Of a stretch of 64,000 nt of DNA, positions 57,078-64,000 are shown one piece after another. Position 1 is the stretch's first letter, and every line of letters starts with the position of its first letter. The stretch is from an uncultured Alphaproteobacteria bacterium. GTDB taxonomy: Bacteria; Pseudomonadota; Alphaproteobacteria; Rhizobiales; Hyphomicrobiaceae. Under the pieces are notes generated by a model. The model ran no database searches. It had not been told where the DNA came from and was given only the letters and a program-made list of their open reading frames with translations. A program made the translations under genes and the position numbers. The stretch covers positions 659,956 through 723,955 of the forward strand of contig CAVVRP010000012.1 in assembly GCA_963750715.1 (NCBI GenBank). Reading direction: 5' to 3'.

Positions 57078-58355
57078 TCAGGACTTGGGGACGTCATTGC
57101 CGGCCTGGGCAACTTCACCCCGCAGCGCCTTTTCCATGATGCGCGGCATATTGGCTTCGAGCCACTTCTGCAGCATCGGGCGCAGCAGATCAGCGACGAC
57201 GTCCTCAAGCGTCCGGACGGAAGCCGGAGGCACGCTAGCGGGCACCGAGGCGGGAGAAACCGCTGGCGCCGCTGCGGGCTGCTGTATAGAAGGGCCGTTA
57301 CTCGCGGGCCGTTCGCCCTCCGCGGCCGCCAGACCCGCGGCCAGGGCATCGAGGGCGGCGGCCGAAGCGACAGCGGTCGCAATATCGGCCGTCATGTCAT
57401 CCGATCTCGGCATAGCCGGCGACGAGGGCAGCGGTATCGATACCGGCTGCGCGGCGATGGGCGATGCCGACGTGTGAGTGACTTTCACGGTCAGGGACGG
57501 CGCGACCGGCCCGGATGGGGCGGCAGGTGCGGGTGCTGTGACGCCTGCTTTGGCCGTAGCACCTGCAAAGTAGGACGCGACAGGTGTAGCGGCGGTAGAC
57601 GAGTCGTTCAAGCGCTCCGCCGCTTTCGCGGGAGCCGGTGCGGGTGGGGCCGGCGAGACCAATACATTGCCCGATGCCACTCGAGCGGGTGCAGGGGCCG
57701 CAGCGGCGGGAATGACGACTGGTGTGGGCGCAAGCGCGGCGGGCTGCGCCGTAGCGGCGGCGACTACCAAAGGCTGTGGAGGATAGAAGCTGGGCTTCTT
57801 CGCGAACATGCCTGTCGTGCTGGCCGATGCAGATTCGGTTGGCGGCTTCGGCGCAGTTGCAGGAGGCGACTTCGGGGCCATCGGCAAAGTCGCGGCGGCC
57901 GCTGCCGCAGGCGCGTCGAACACACCAACGGCGGCAGCAGCAGCAGGCGGGGTGGGAGCTGCCGCATCGGCGGACGCAGGCTTGCTCTCGGCGGCCGGCA
58001 AGCTGCGCCAGTTCGCAAACGCATCGCTGACCGGTACAGCTAGTTTGGCGGATGCGGCCGGCATGACGGCGGGAGCGTCTTCAAGCAGGTCCGACAGATC
58101 GATGTCGATCGAGGGCTTGGCGTGCGCCGAGGCCGCAACCCCGGCGGCAGCCCGACCGGAAGACGATGACGACGATGCCTGCAGACCCTCAAGGTCGTGG
58201 TCAATTCTGCCACCCGTCGATGAGCGCAACAGCGGATTCACGGCACGCTGATCGGGCGTTGGGCGCGATCCGGGGGGCTCCTCCGCGATGATCTTGCGGA
58301 TGGAGGCGAGGATTTCCTCCATGCTCTGCTCAGACGAGTTATCCGATATGCTCAT
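57078..58355 (-). CDS. popZ: PopZ-like polar organising protein (DUF2497), long Pro/Ala-rich linker
   Basis: N-terminal helix SMEEILASIRKIIAEE. A ~330-aa low-complexity P/A/S linker. C-terminal DUF2497 block TLEDVVADLLRPMLQKWLEANMPRIMEKALRGEV, close to Caulobacter PopZ as I recall it. The position next to valS and tolC matches the synteny as I recall it. Start chosen at MSISDN. Confidence 0.8.
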   Translation of the reverse strand: MSISDNSSEQSMEEILASIRKIIAEEPPGSRPTPDQRAVNPLLRSSTGGRIDHDLEGLQASSSSSSGRAAAGVAASAHAKPSIDIDLSDLLEDAPAVMPAASAKLAVPVSDAFANWRSLPAAESKPASADAAAPTPPAAAAAVGVFDAPAAAAAATLPMAPKSPPATAPKPPTESASASTTGMFAKKPSFYPPQPLVVAAATAQPAALAPTPVVIPAAAAPAPARVASGNVLVSPAPPAPAPAKAAERLNDSSTAATPVASYFAGATAKAGVTAPAPAAPSGPVAPSLTVKVTHTSASPIAAQPVSIPLPSSPAMPRSDDMTADIATAVASAAALDALAAGLAAAEGERPASNGPSIQQPAAAPAVSPASVPASVPPASVRTLEDVVADLLRPMLQKWLEANMPRIMEKALRGEVAQAGNDVPKS

Positions 58356-58537
58356 TTGCCCACCAAGCCGGCCCGACCGCCCCGTTACGGCCAACCGGGC
58401 TCGCAATGCCTCGTTCCTCGAACCGGAACATCTCCTCTACGAGCGAAATCCGGACTTCTCGACGTGTGATCGAGCAGCCGAACCGCATACACTTTCCGGT
58501 GAGAGTTCGTACACGTGCGGCAGGGCACCATCAAGAC

Positions 58538-58580
58538 GGCGGGCCTCCCCGCCTGTTGATGCAGCGCCCGCTGCATCAAC
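58538..58580 (-). terminator. Two adjacent strong hairpins downstream of the second PopZ-like gene
   Basis: The 26-nt palindrome GTTGATGCAGCG-CC-CGCTGCATCAAC (58555-58580) and GGCGGG-CCTC-CCCGCC (58538-58553). On the minus strand they are followed by GUCUUGAUGG, a weak U-tract. Confidence 0.45.
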
Positions 58581-58613
58581 ACTGTGACGCGCTTGCCGCA
58601 AAATGCTGAAATT

Positions 58614-59603
58614 TCAGCCAACATCGCCTTTCTTGGTCGACTTCACCGACTCAGCCACTTCGATATGAAGAGCCTTCTCGACCATACGTGGCATGTTGTC
58701 GGCGAGCCACTGGCGCAGCATCGGCCGCAGCAGATCCGCCGTGGTGTCGTCGACCGAACCAACAGGAGCAGCACCGGCCTCAGACGCGGCTGTCGAAGCC
58801 CGCGTCGGCGGAGCCGCCCCGAGCGGCACCGTCTGCGACGCGGCTGGGCTCGATGATGAACCCAAGCCAGACGCGGGCGGCTGATACGCAACGGGAGCGG
58901 CGGTGGCGGGAGGCGCCGGCCGCGCCGAAACGTAGGCCGGTCGATCCAGTTGCGCAGGCACGATCGTCGAAAAATCGACGCGCGGGGCGTCGACCGGCGG
59001 GGCAGGCGCGGGCGCAGTTGCCACGGGAGGCGGCGATGTCGCCATCGCCAGCTTCGTGAATCTGGAATCCTTGAATGGCGCCATCATGCGCGGGACGTCG
59101 ACGGGTGCCGCGGGGCTGTCCTCCGGTCCCGCACTCATGATCGTGAAGTGCGAGGATCCGCCGATATCGGCTGCCGGGCCATAGTCCGCCCGCGTAGACT
59201 TCAAAGAACTTAGACCGTCGGTCTGCTGAATGCTGGCTTCGTAGGCCGAGCGCGCCATAGGGTGCAGCGCGTGCACCGGCTCATCGATGCCGGAGCCATT
59301 GCGGTAGTCGGGCTCTGCAGGTTTCAGATCGGCAGGCACGCCACCGGATGCGCCACGGATGGCGTCGGTCAGCCGGCCGAACAGGGGCGAGTTTTTTTCG
59401 GTCGCCGCGGGGGCCGCCGCAGGCCGGAAAATCGACGGCAGTTCGAAGTCCGCCGCGTCTTCCAGAAGGCCGTCGCCGACCAGCGATGGCCGGGATAAAT
59501 CGATGATCTGGTTAGGTCCGTCCGGCTCTTCGGCAATGATCCTGCGTATCGAAGCGAGGACTTCTTCCATGCTCGGCTGACCGTTCTTCTCCGTCAAATC
59601 CAT
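58614..59603 (-). CDS. Second PopZ-like/DUF2497 paralogue
   Basis: 329 aa. N-terminal SMEEVLASIRRIIAEE, a low-complexity P/A/S linker, and C-terminal ADLLRPMLRQWLADNMPRMVEKALHIEVAE. Confidence 0.78.
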   Translation of the reverse strand: MDLTEKNGQPSMEEVLASIRRIIAEEPDGPNQIIDLSRPSLVGDGLLEDAADFELPSIFRPAAAPAATEKNSPLFGRLTDAIRGASGGVPADLKPAEPDYRNGSGIDEPVHALHPMARSAYEASIQQTDGLSSLKSTRADYGPAADIGGSSHFTIMSAGPEDSPAAPVDVPRMMAPFKDSRFTKLAMATSPPPVATAPAPAPPVDAPRVDFSTIVPAQLDRPAYVSARPAPPATAAPVAYQPPASGLGSSSSPAASQTVPLGAAPPTRASTAASEAGAAPVGSVDDTTADLLRPMLRQWLADNMPRMVEKALHIEVAESVKSTKKGDVG

Positions 59604-59930
59604 AACGCCACCTCATACACGCACGCCGCTACTACGCTTTGAGAAACAACCTCCTCCCGGCTGACGTGCGCTCCGACCCAGCGCCCGCCGTCCTGTTCGG
59701 GTTGTCTCCCCCCTACCCCGCTCAAAGTTCGCAAGTACCCGCCTTCGTGTAGTGGTGCTTGGACGACACCCACCAAGGGAAAGCGTAAATCGCATAGGTG
59801 GCAACCATGTGGCAAAAGGCTGCAACACGCAGCGATGCGAGCAGCGCCAACGAATGCCATCTGGAGCGCATAGACGCTGCTTCAGTGGCTTGCGTGGGGT
59901 TGCAGAGTTTTGTTGCGAACTAGCTCAAGA

Positions 59931-61394
59931 TTACTTCACCGGCACAACTTCGCCGGCCGGAGTGGTATCGAGGAATTCTTCGCGGCCATCCGCATGCGTG
60001 ATGCTGATACCAAACCACTTGCGGCGAACCTCGCCGTAGTGAACTTCGGGATCATAGACGGTGCCGGTGACACCGAGCATGGCAACTTCAAGACGCCCAA
60101 TTGCCTGCAGTAAGGTGTAAGATGCCACGATGTTATTGCGCTCGGTGGCGACGAGCTGCACCTGAGAGGTGATGTATTCCCGCTGAGCGTCGAGCACATC
60201 AATCAATGTTCGCTGACCGACCCGCTCTTCCTCACGAACACCCTCAAGTGCGATCTTGTTGGCCTCGACCTGCGCCTTGTCGCTGACTATCTGCGCCGTG
60301 GCTGCGACGAAACTCGACCAAGCCGCCACAACACTCTCCTCAACTCTTGAGCGGGCGTCCTCGATCAGCTGCAACTGGCTCAGATGTTGTTGCTTGGCTT
60401 GACGCACTTGAGAGTACGTCAGGCCGCCGTCGTAAATCGGCAGGTCGACGCGGCCGGTTACTGCCGCATTCTGTTCCCGGTCTGTCAAAACGCCAAGATC
60501 GAAGCCATCGTCATAGGTTGCATTCACACTCACCTGCGGCAAGAGTGTGCCGCGGATCGCGTCAATTCTGAACCGCGCCGCCTGCTCACGGTAGAGCTGA
60601 GTGACAACTGCCGGGCTCTCCTGCGCAGCTATCCTTTTGGCTTCGTCGAGCGTTGCCGGTAGCAAACCCTTGGGTATCATCGGCTTAACGAGACGCTCCG
60701 GAGGATGGCCGATCACGCGCTCATAATTTGCTCGGCTCGTTTTCAGTTGAGACTTTGCAAAATCGAGTTGTGAAGTCGCACTTGCCTTGCGCGCTTCCGA
60801 CTGGGCAACGTCCGTTTTGGTCACCTCGCCGACGGCGAAGCGATCCTGCGTCGCTTTCAGTTCCTCCGTCAAAAAGTTGAGGTTGCTCTCGGCTAGGCGA
60901 ACGTTCTCCTGATTTTTCACGACATCCATGTACGCAGTCACGGCGTCCAGCAGGACTGTCTGCTCTTGCACGCGCAGGTCCTGTTGGCCGGCTCGTACGA
61001 GCGCCTCTGCCTCACTGACGGCGTTGGTGGTGGAGAAGCCGTTAAAAATTGGTTGGCTCAGTCGAAACCCGTACGACTTTGGATTGGAACTACCGTCTGC
61101 CGCCGAGAACGGCTTTCGTTTATCATGTCGGTAGCCCACCTCACCGCTGCCATCGATGAGCGGACGATAGCCGCGAAACTCGTTGCCTGCCATGGCCTGG
61201 GTCACGCCCTCGTCCGTGGCTCGCAGCTGCGCGCGCGCAGCGTCGAGCTGCGGATTGTATTCGTAGGCTGCAGCCAACGCCTGATCGAGGGTTTCAGCGT
61301 GTGCGGATTGCCCGGTCGCCAGCGCTAGTGCCAGCCAACTGACCGCTGCCATCCGCAAGACCGGCTTTATCGATGGTTTTTGCAGCGATGCCAA
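59931..61394 (-). CDS. tolC: TolC-family outer membrane efflux protein
   Basis: Signal peptide (...ATGQSAHA-ET) and two OEP repeats with the characteristic LDQALAAAYEYNPQL start. 487 aa; an alternative start is at 61352. Confidence 0.9.
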   Translation of the reverse strand: MASLQKPSIKPVLRMAAVSWLALALATGQSAHAETLDQALAAAYEYNPQLDAARAQLRATDEGVTQAMAGNEFRGYRPLIDGSGEVGYRHDKRKPFSAADGSSNPKSYGFRLSQPIFNGFSTTNAVSEAEALVRAGQQDLRVQEQTVLLDAVTAYMDVVKNQENVRLAESNLNFLTEELKATQDRFAVGEVTKTDVAQSEARKASATSQLDFAKSQLKTSRANYERVIGHPPERLVKPMIPKGLLPATLDEAKRIAAQESPAVVTQLYREQAARFRIDAIRGTLLPQVSVNATYDDGFDLGVLTDREQNAAVTGRVDLPIYDGGLTYSQVRQAKQQHLSQLQLIEDARSRVEESVVAAWSSFVAATAQIVSDKAQVEANKIALEGVREEERVGQRTLIDVLDAQREYITSQVQLVATERNNIVASYTLLQAIGRLEVAMLGVTGTVYDPEVHYGEVRRKWFGISITHADGREEFLDTTPAGEVVPVK

Positions 61395-61841
61395 AATTCA
61401 GCGTCCTCGATGTTATGGAAGCGGCGGACCGCTCGCATCGAAACAGACTTCCTGCTCCACATCAAAACGATTCTGTACGCTGTGACGAGTGCTATGAAAA
61501 GCTGGACAGCGTTCAACTGGACACATGCGAACCCAAGCGTGGCTTCTTTCACACACCAAATCTAGACCCAGGCCAAACGAAACACGTCAGAGCGCCGCTT
61601 TCATCTTCGTTGCCGAGAAGGCGGGCGGGCCGCGCGCCGAAAACCCGAAACGCTATCACACTGGCGCTTGCTCGTGCGAGCTCGCGACGGCGAAATCGTT
61701 CAAACCCGCAACTTGGCGCGTCGCCAAACGGTATCCACCGTCCTCCGGACCACAAGGGACAGATGACCCCAGCATGCGGATTGGGGAGTTGATTCGCTGA
61801 ATGAACGGTAAATAGGCCGAAGGCGCCCCTGCCCGGTAGGC

Positions 61842-62507
61842 TCAGAACGTGAAGAACGGCGCCGGTTCGAAGCCCGACAGAACCGGAGCGGCGGCGTTGA
61901 AGCCGAACGTCTCGCCGAAGTTCGCGCCGATGCGGCGCCACACGACAGCACGGCCGGCGGCGCCTTGTCCTACGATAGCGGCCAGGCGGCCGTTGTCTTT
62001 CAATTGACCGAGCAGAGCATGGGGAGTTTCCGCAATGGCTCCCTCGACGACGATGGCATCATATGGACCTTCCTGAGCGTAGCCGGCGGCGAGGTCACCC
62101 TGCACGACGGCAACGTTGCCGAAGGCTCCGGTAAGCAGCGTGCGTGTAGCCGTTTCCGCCAACTCGCGATCGCACTCCAGCGCCACTACCTTCCGCCCCA
62201 GTCGCGACAAAAGCGCTGCGGAGTATCCCGTCGCGCAGCCGACGTCGAGCACGACATCCGTGGGTTCGATCGAGGCCAGCTGGACCAGTTTGGCCAGCGT
62301 TCGCGGCGCCAACATGTAGCGCCGAGGGTGCGTGGCGGGGGAAAACGCGATATCGGTGTCCATGTAGGCCAGCGACCGCAGCGCCGGCGGCACGAAGTCG
62401 TGCCTTGCAATCGCCTGCATCGAGCGCATGATGCGCCGATCGGTCACGTCGCTCGGCCGAACCTGACTTTCGACCATGTTGATCCGCTGCTCGTCCAGGC
62501 CGGGCAT
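61842..62507 (-). CDS. pcm: Protein-L-isoaspartate O-methyltransferase
   Basis: 221 aa from MPGLDEQRINMVESQVRP. SAM-binding motif VLDVGCATGYSAALL. The extra 32 codons in the track ORF begin at a TTG and are not needed. Confidence 0.85.
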   Translation of the reverse strand: MPGLDEQRINMVESQVRPSDVTDRRIMRSMQAIARHDFVPPALRSLAYMDTDIAFSPATHPRRYMLAPRTLAKLVQLASIEPTDVVLDVGCATGYSAALLSRLGRKVVALECDRELAETATRTLLTGAFGNVAVVQGDLAAGYAQEGPYDAIVVEGAIAETPHALLGQLKDNGRLAAIVGQGAAGRAVVWRRIGANFGETFGFNAAAPVLSGFEPAPFFTF

Positions 62508-62721
62508 GGGTTTCTCCGTGAAGGTCGGCACGAGCCGGTTTAATGGCCCCAACCGGAAGGCGAAATCAAGTGCGATGCAAGGATGCCCAAGGTCGAATTG
62601 CAAGCTGTGCTGATCGACTTGTGCAATTGTGAACCTGCGTGCTAAGTCCTCGCCGTCTGCAGGGCCCCGTTACCGATCGCTCTTGCGAGCGGAACGCGAG
62701 CACAAGCGGTTTCGCGTCTGG

Positions 62722-62795
62722 GGCCACGTGGCGGAGTGGTGACGCAGCGGACTGCAAATCCGCGTACCCCGGTTCAATTCCGGGCGTGGCCTCCA
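62722..62795 (+). tRNA. tRNA-Cys (GCA)
   Basis: GGCCACGTGGCGGAGTGGTGACGCAGCGGACTGCAAATCCGCGTACCCCGGTTCAATTCCGGGCGTGGCCTCCA. The anticodon loop is CTGCAAA. Confidence 0.94.
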
Positions 62796-62926
62796 TCTAA
62801 AGCTGCGGCAGCGGGCGTACCGGAGTTAGAGGAAAACGAGGCCTGTTTCCGGCCCAGACTATTTTCCTTAACCCTCTGGTTCCCAATGGTGTGTTCTGGT
62901 AGAAGGCGCGCTCACACGTCAGGTAT

Positions 62927-63001
62927 TCCGCGGTAGCTCAGTGGTAGAGCATCCGACTGTTAATCGGACGGCCGTAGGTTCGAGCCCTACCCGCGGAGCC
63001 A
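62927..63001 (+). tRNA. tRNA-Asn (GTT)
   Basis: TCCGCGGTAGCTCAGTGGTAGAGCATCCGACTGTTAATCGGACGGCCGTAGGTTCGAGCCCTACCCGCGGAGCCA. The anticodon loop is CTGTTAA. Confidence 0.94.
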
Positions 63002-63087
63002 GCTTTCCAGAATTCTCCAAACTCAGCAGTGGTAAGCGATCAGCCAGCCTGCACGGCGGCCTCTCTCTCGAGACTTCATGCTGGACG

Positions 63088-64000
63088 CTAGGGTGCAAGC
63101 CCCTGCGGCGGAGGCGGCGGCGCGTCGGGATCGATCACCATACCGGCGGCAGGCTGCCCGTCACGATCGTAGATGTCGGCACGGAACTCGACCCGGCCAT
63201 TCGCCTCTGCCCATGCCGAGATGTAGGTGAAGTAAACAGGGATCGGCCTCGTCAGAGTAACGTCGAGCGGCATGCCGGCCTGCAGCACGGCTTCGACCTG
63301 CCCCGGGTTTTCCCAACCCGGTTCGAAGCGCGCGATCCATTCCACGAGCTTGAAGACGTCCTGGACGCGAACGCAGCCGGCGCTGAACGGGCGGGAGCGT
63401 TGCTGGAACAGCGGCTTCATCGGCGTGTCGTGCATGTAGACGCCGTGCTCGTTCTGCATGTCAATGCGAACCAGACCCAGCGCGTTCTGAGGTCCCGGGT
63501 CCTGTCGCAGCTTGACGGTGGCCGCGCTCGCCTGCGACCAGTCGATGGATCTTGGATCGAGTTCAGGCCCGTTGAAATCGCCGGAGATTACCCGGATCTG
63601 CTCTTTCTCCAGATACTCGGGCTCCTTCACGAGCCGCGGAAAAACGTCGAGCTGGGCGACACTGTCGGGCACGCGCCAGTGTGGGAAAAAGTTGAGCGCC
63701 TTGATCGTCGCTTTCAATGCCGGGGTCTCGCGTTGCGGACGTCCAACGATCACGCGGTGCCTTTGCGCAACCTCGTAGCGTTCCACGGCTTCAAGCTGGA
63801 AGGCTGGAACGTTGACCAGCACGTAGCGGTCCTCGACCGGCATCTGCAGCAAATCGGCGATACGCGAGCGGTTGAGTTCGAGCTGCTTCAGCCGCTGCTC
63901 GGCGGTGACGTTCAGTGCGGCGAGCGTCGGCTGGTCGACACGGCCACTCACCCGCAAGCCATTACGCTCCTGGAAGCGGCGCACGGACTCCTCAACCTGA
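63088..64000 (-). CDS. L,D-transpeptidase, YcbB-like (N-terminus beyond the window)
   Basis: YkuD catalytic region HGVYMHDTP...FSAGCVRV. The frame stays open upstream of the track's GTG to base 64000 (...QVEESVRRFQERNGLRVSGRVDQPTLAALNV), which is a peptidoglycan-binding domain. Confidence 0.85.
   Translation of the reverse strand, partial: QVEESVRRFQERNGLRVSGRVDQPTLAALNVTAEQRLKQLELNRSRIADLLQMPVEDRYVLVNVPAFQLEAVERYEVAQRHRVIVGRPQRETPALKATIKALNFFPHWRVPDSVAQLDVFPRLVKEPEYLEKEQIRVISGDFNGPELDPRSIDWSQASAATVKLRQDPGPQNALGLVRIDMQNEHGVYMHDTPMKPLFQQRSRPFSAGCVRVQDVFKLVEWIARFEPGWENPGQVEAVLQAGMPLDVTLTRPIPVYFTYISAWAEANGRVEFRADIYDRDGQPAAGMVIDPDAPPPPPQGLAP

Noticed and set aside
56808-58043. 411-aa plus-strand ORF rich in Arg/Gly/Cys
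   Set aside because: It is antisense to the valS start and to the Pro/Ala-rich linker of the PopZ-like gene. GC-rich low-complexity DNA stays open in several frames.
59641-59670. CCTCCTCCC motif, reminiscent of the alpha-r14/CcsR sRNA family
   Set aside because: There is a single copy, it is not placed in a clear hairpin loop, and there is no repeated stem-loop architecture. A 9-mer is expected about once by chance in 128 kb of two-strand sequence.
61395-61841. 447-nt gap between tolC and pcm as a hidden gene or RNA
   Set aside because: All ORFs in the gap are compositionally implausible. I saw no terminator, tRNA-like or riboswitch-like structure. It is most simply the tolC promoter/leader region plus the pcm 3' flank.

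Overview
High-GC (~60%) alphaproteobacterial core chromosome, with Rhizobiales/Hyphomicrobiales-type synteny (taxon is an inference from gene order). Almost everything is on the minus strand.

Gene order, left to right:
- rpsB (partial), a DUF155 gene, dnaE, lolD-lolE, proS
- an orphan secreted protein, a DUF1467 gene, mce, RNase J, birA
- the complete 14-gene complex I operon nuoN to nuoA
- tRNA-Asp, a DUF1993 gene, tRNA-Val, hupB, lon, clpX, clpP, tig, tRNA-Leu
- an RND efflux pair (permease plus adaptor) and opgD
- a SUF Fe-S cluster locus: Rrf2 regulator, NifS-like desulfurase, sufBCDS, sufT
- a COG2945 hydrolase, a decayed M28 peptidase relic, valS
- two tandem PopZ-like (DUF2497) genes, tolC, pcm, tRNA-Cys, tRNA-Asn, and a partial YcbB-like L,D-transpeptidase

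I found no transposase, integrase, phage gene, CRISPR array, toxin-antitoxin pair or recognisable defence gene. I therefore cannot support a claim of a novel mobile or defence system here.

Things worth a second look:
1. Single-nucleotide insertions break two normally indispensable genes, proS (near 9186) and nuoG (near 21920). A possible third sits in a C4 run at the 3' end of the RND permease.
2. Three non-nuo genes are embedded in the nuo operon. A hotdog thioesterase and a GFA-family Zn protein are chained between nuoC and nuoD by overlapping stop/start codons. A small membrane protein lies between nuoD and nuoE.
3. Two PopZ-like paralogues sit in tandem, each with a very long Pro/Ala-rich linker.
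4. A 5'-truncated M28 peptidase pseudogene carries TGA where a conserved Trp is expected.
5. A canonical intrinsic terminator on the plus strand has no plus-strand gene upstream. It is either a candidate sRNA end or a bidirectional terminator.

Many long ORFs in the track are antisense or out-of-frame shadows typical of GC-rich DNA and were rejected.
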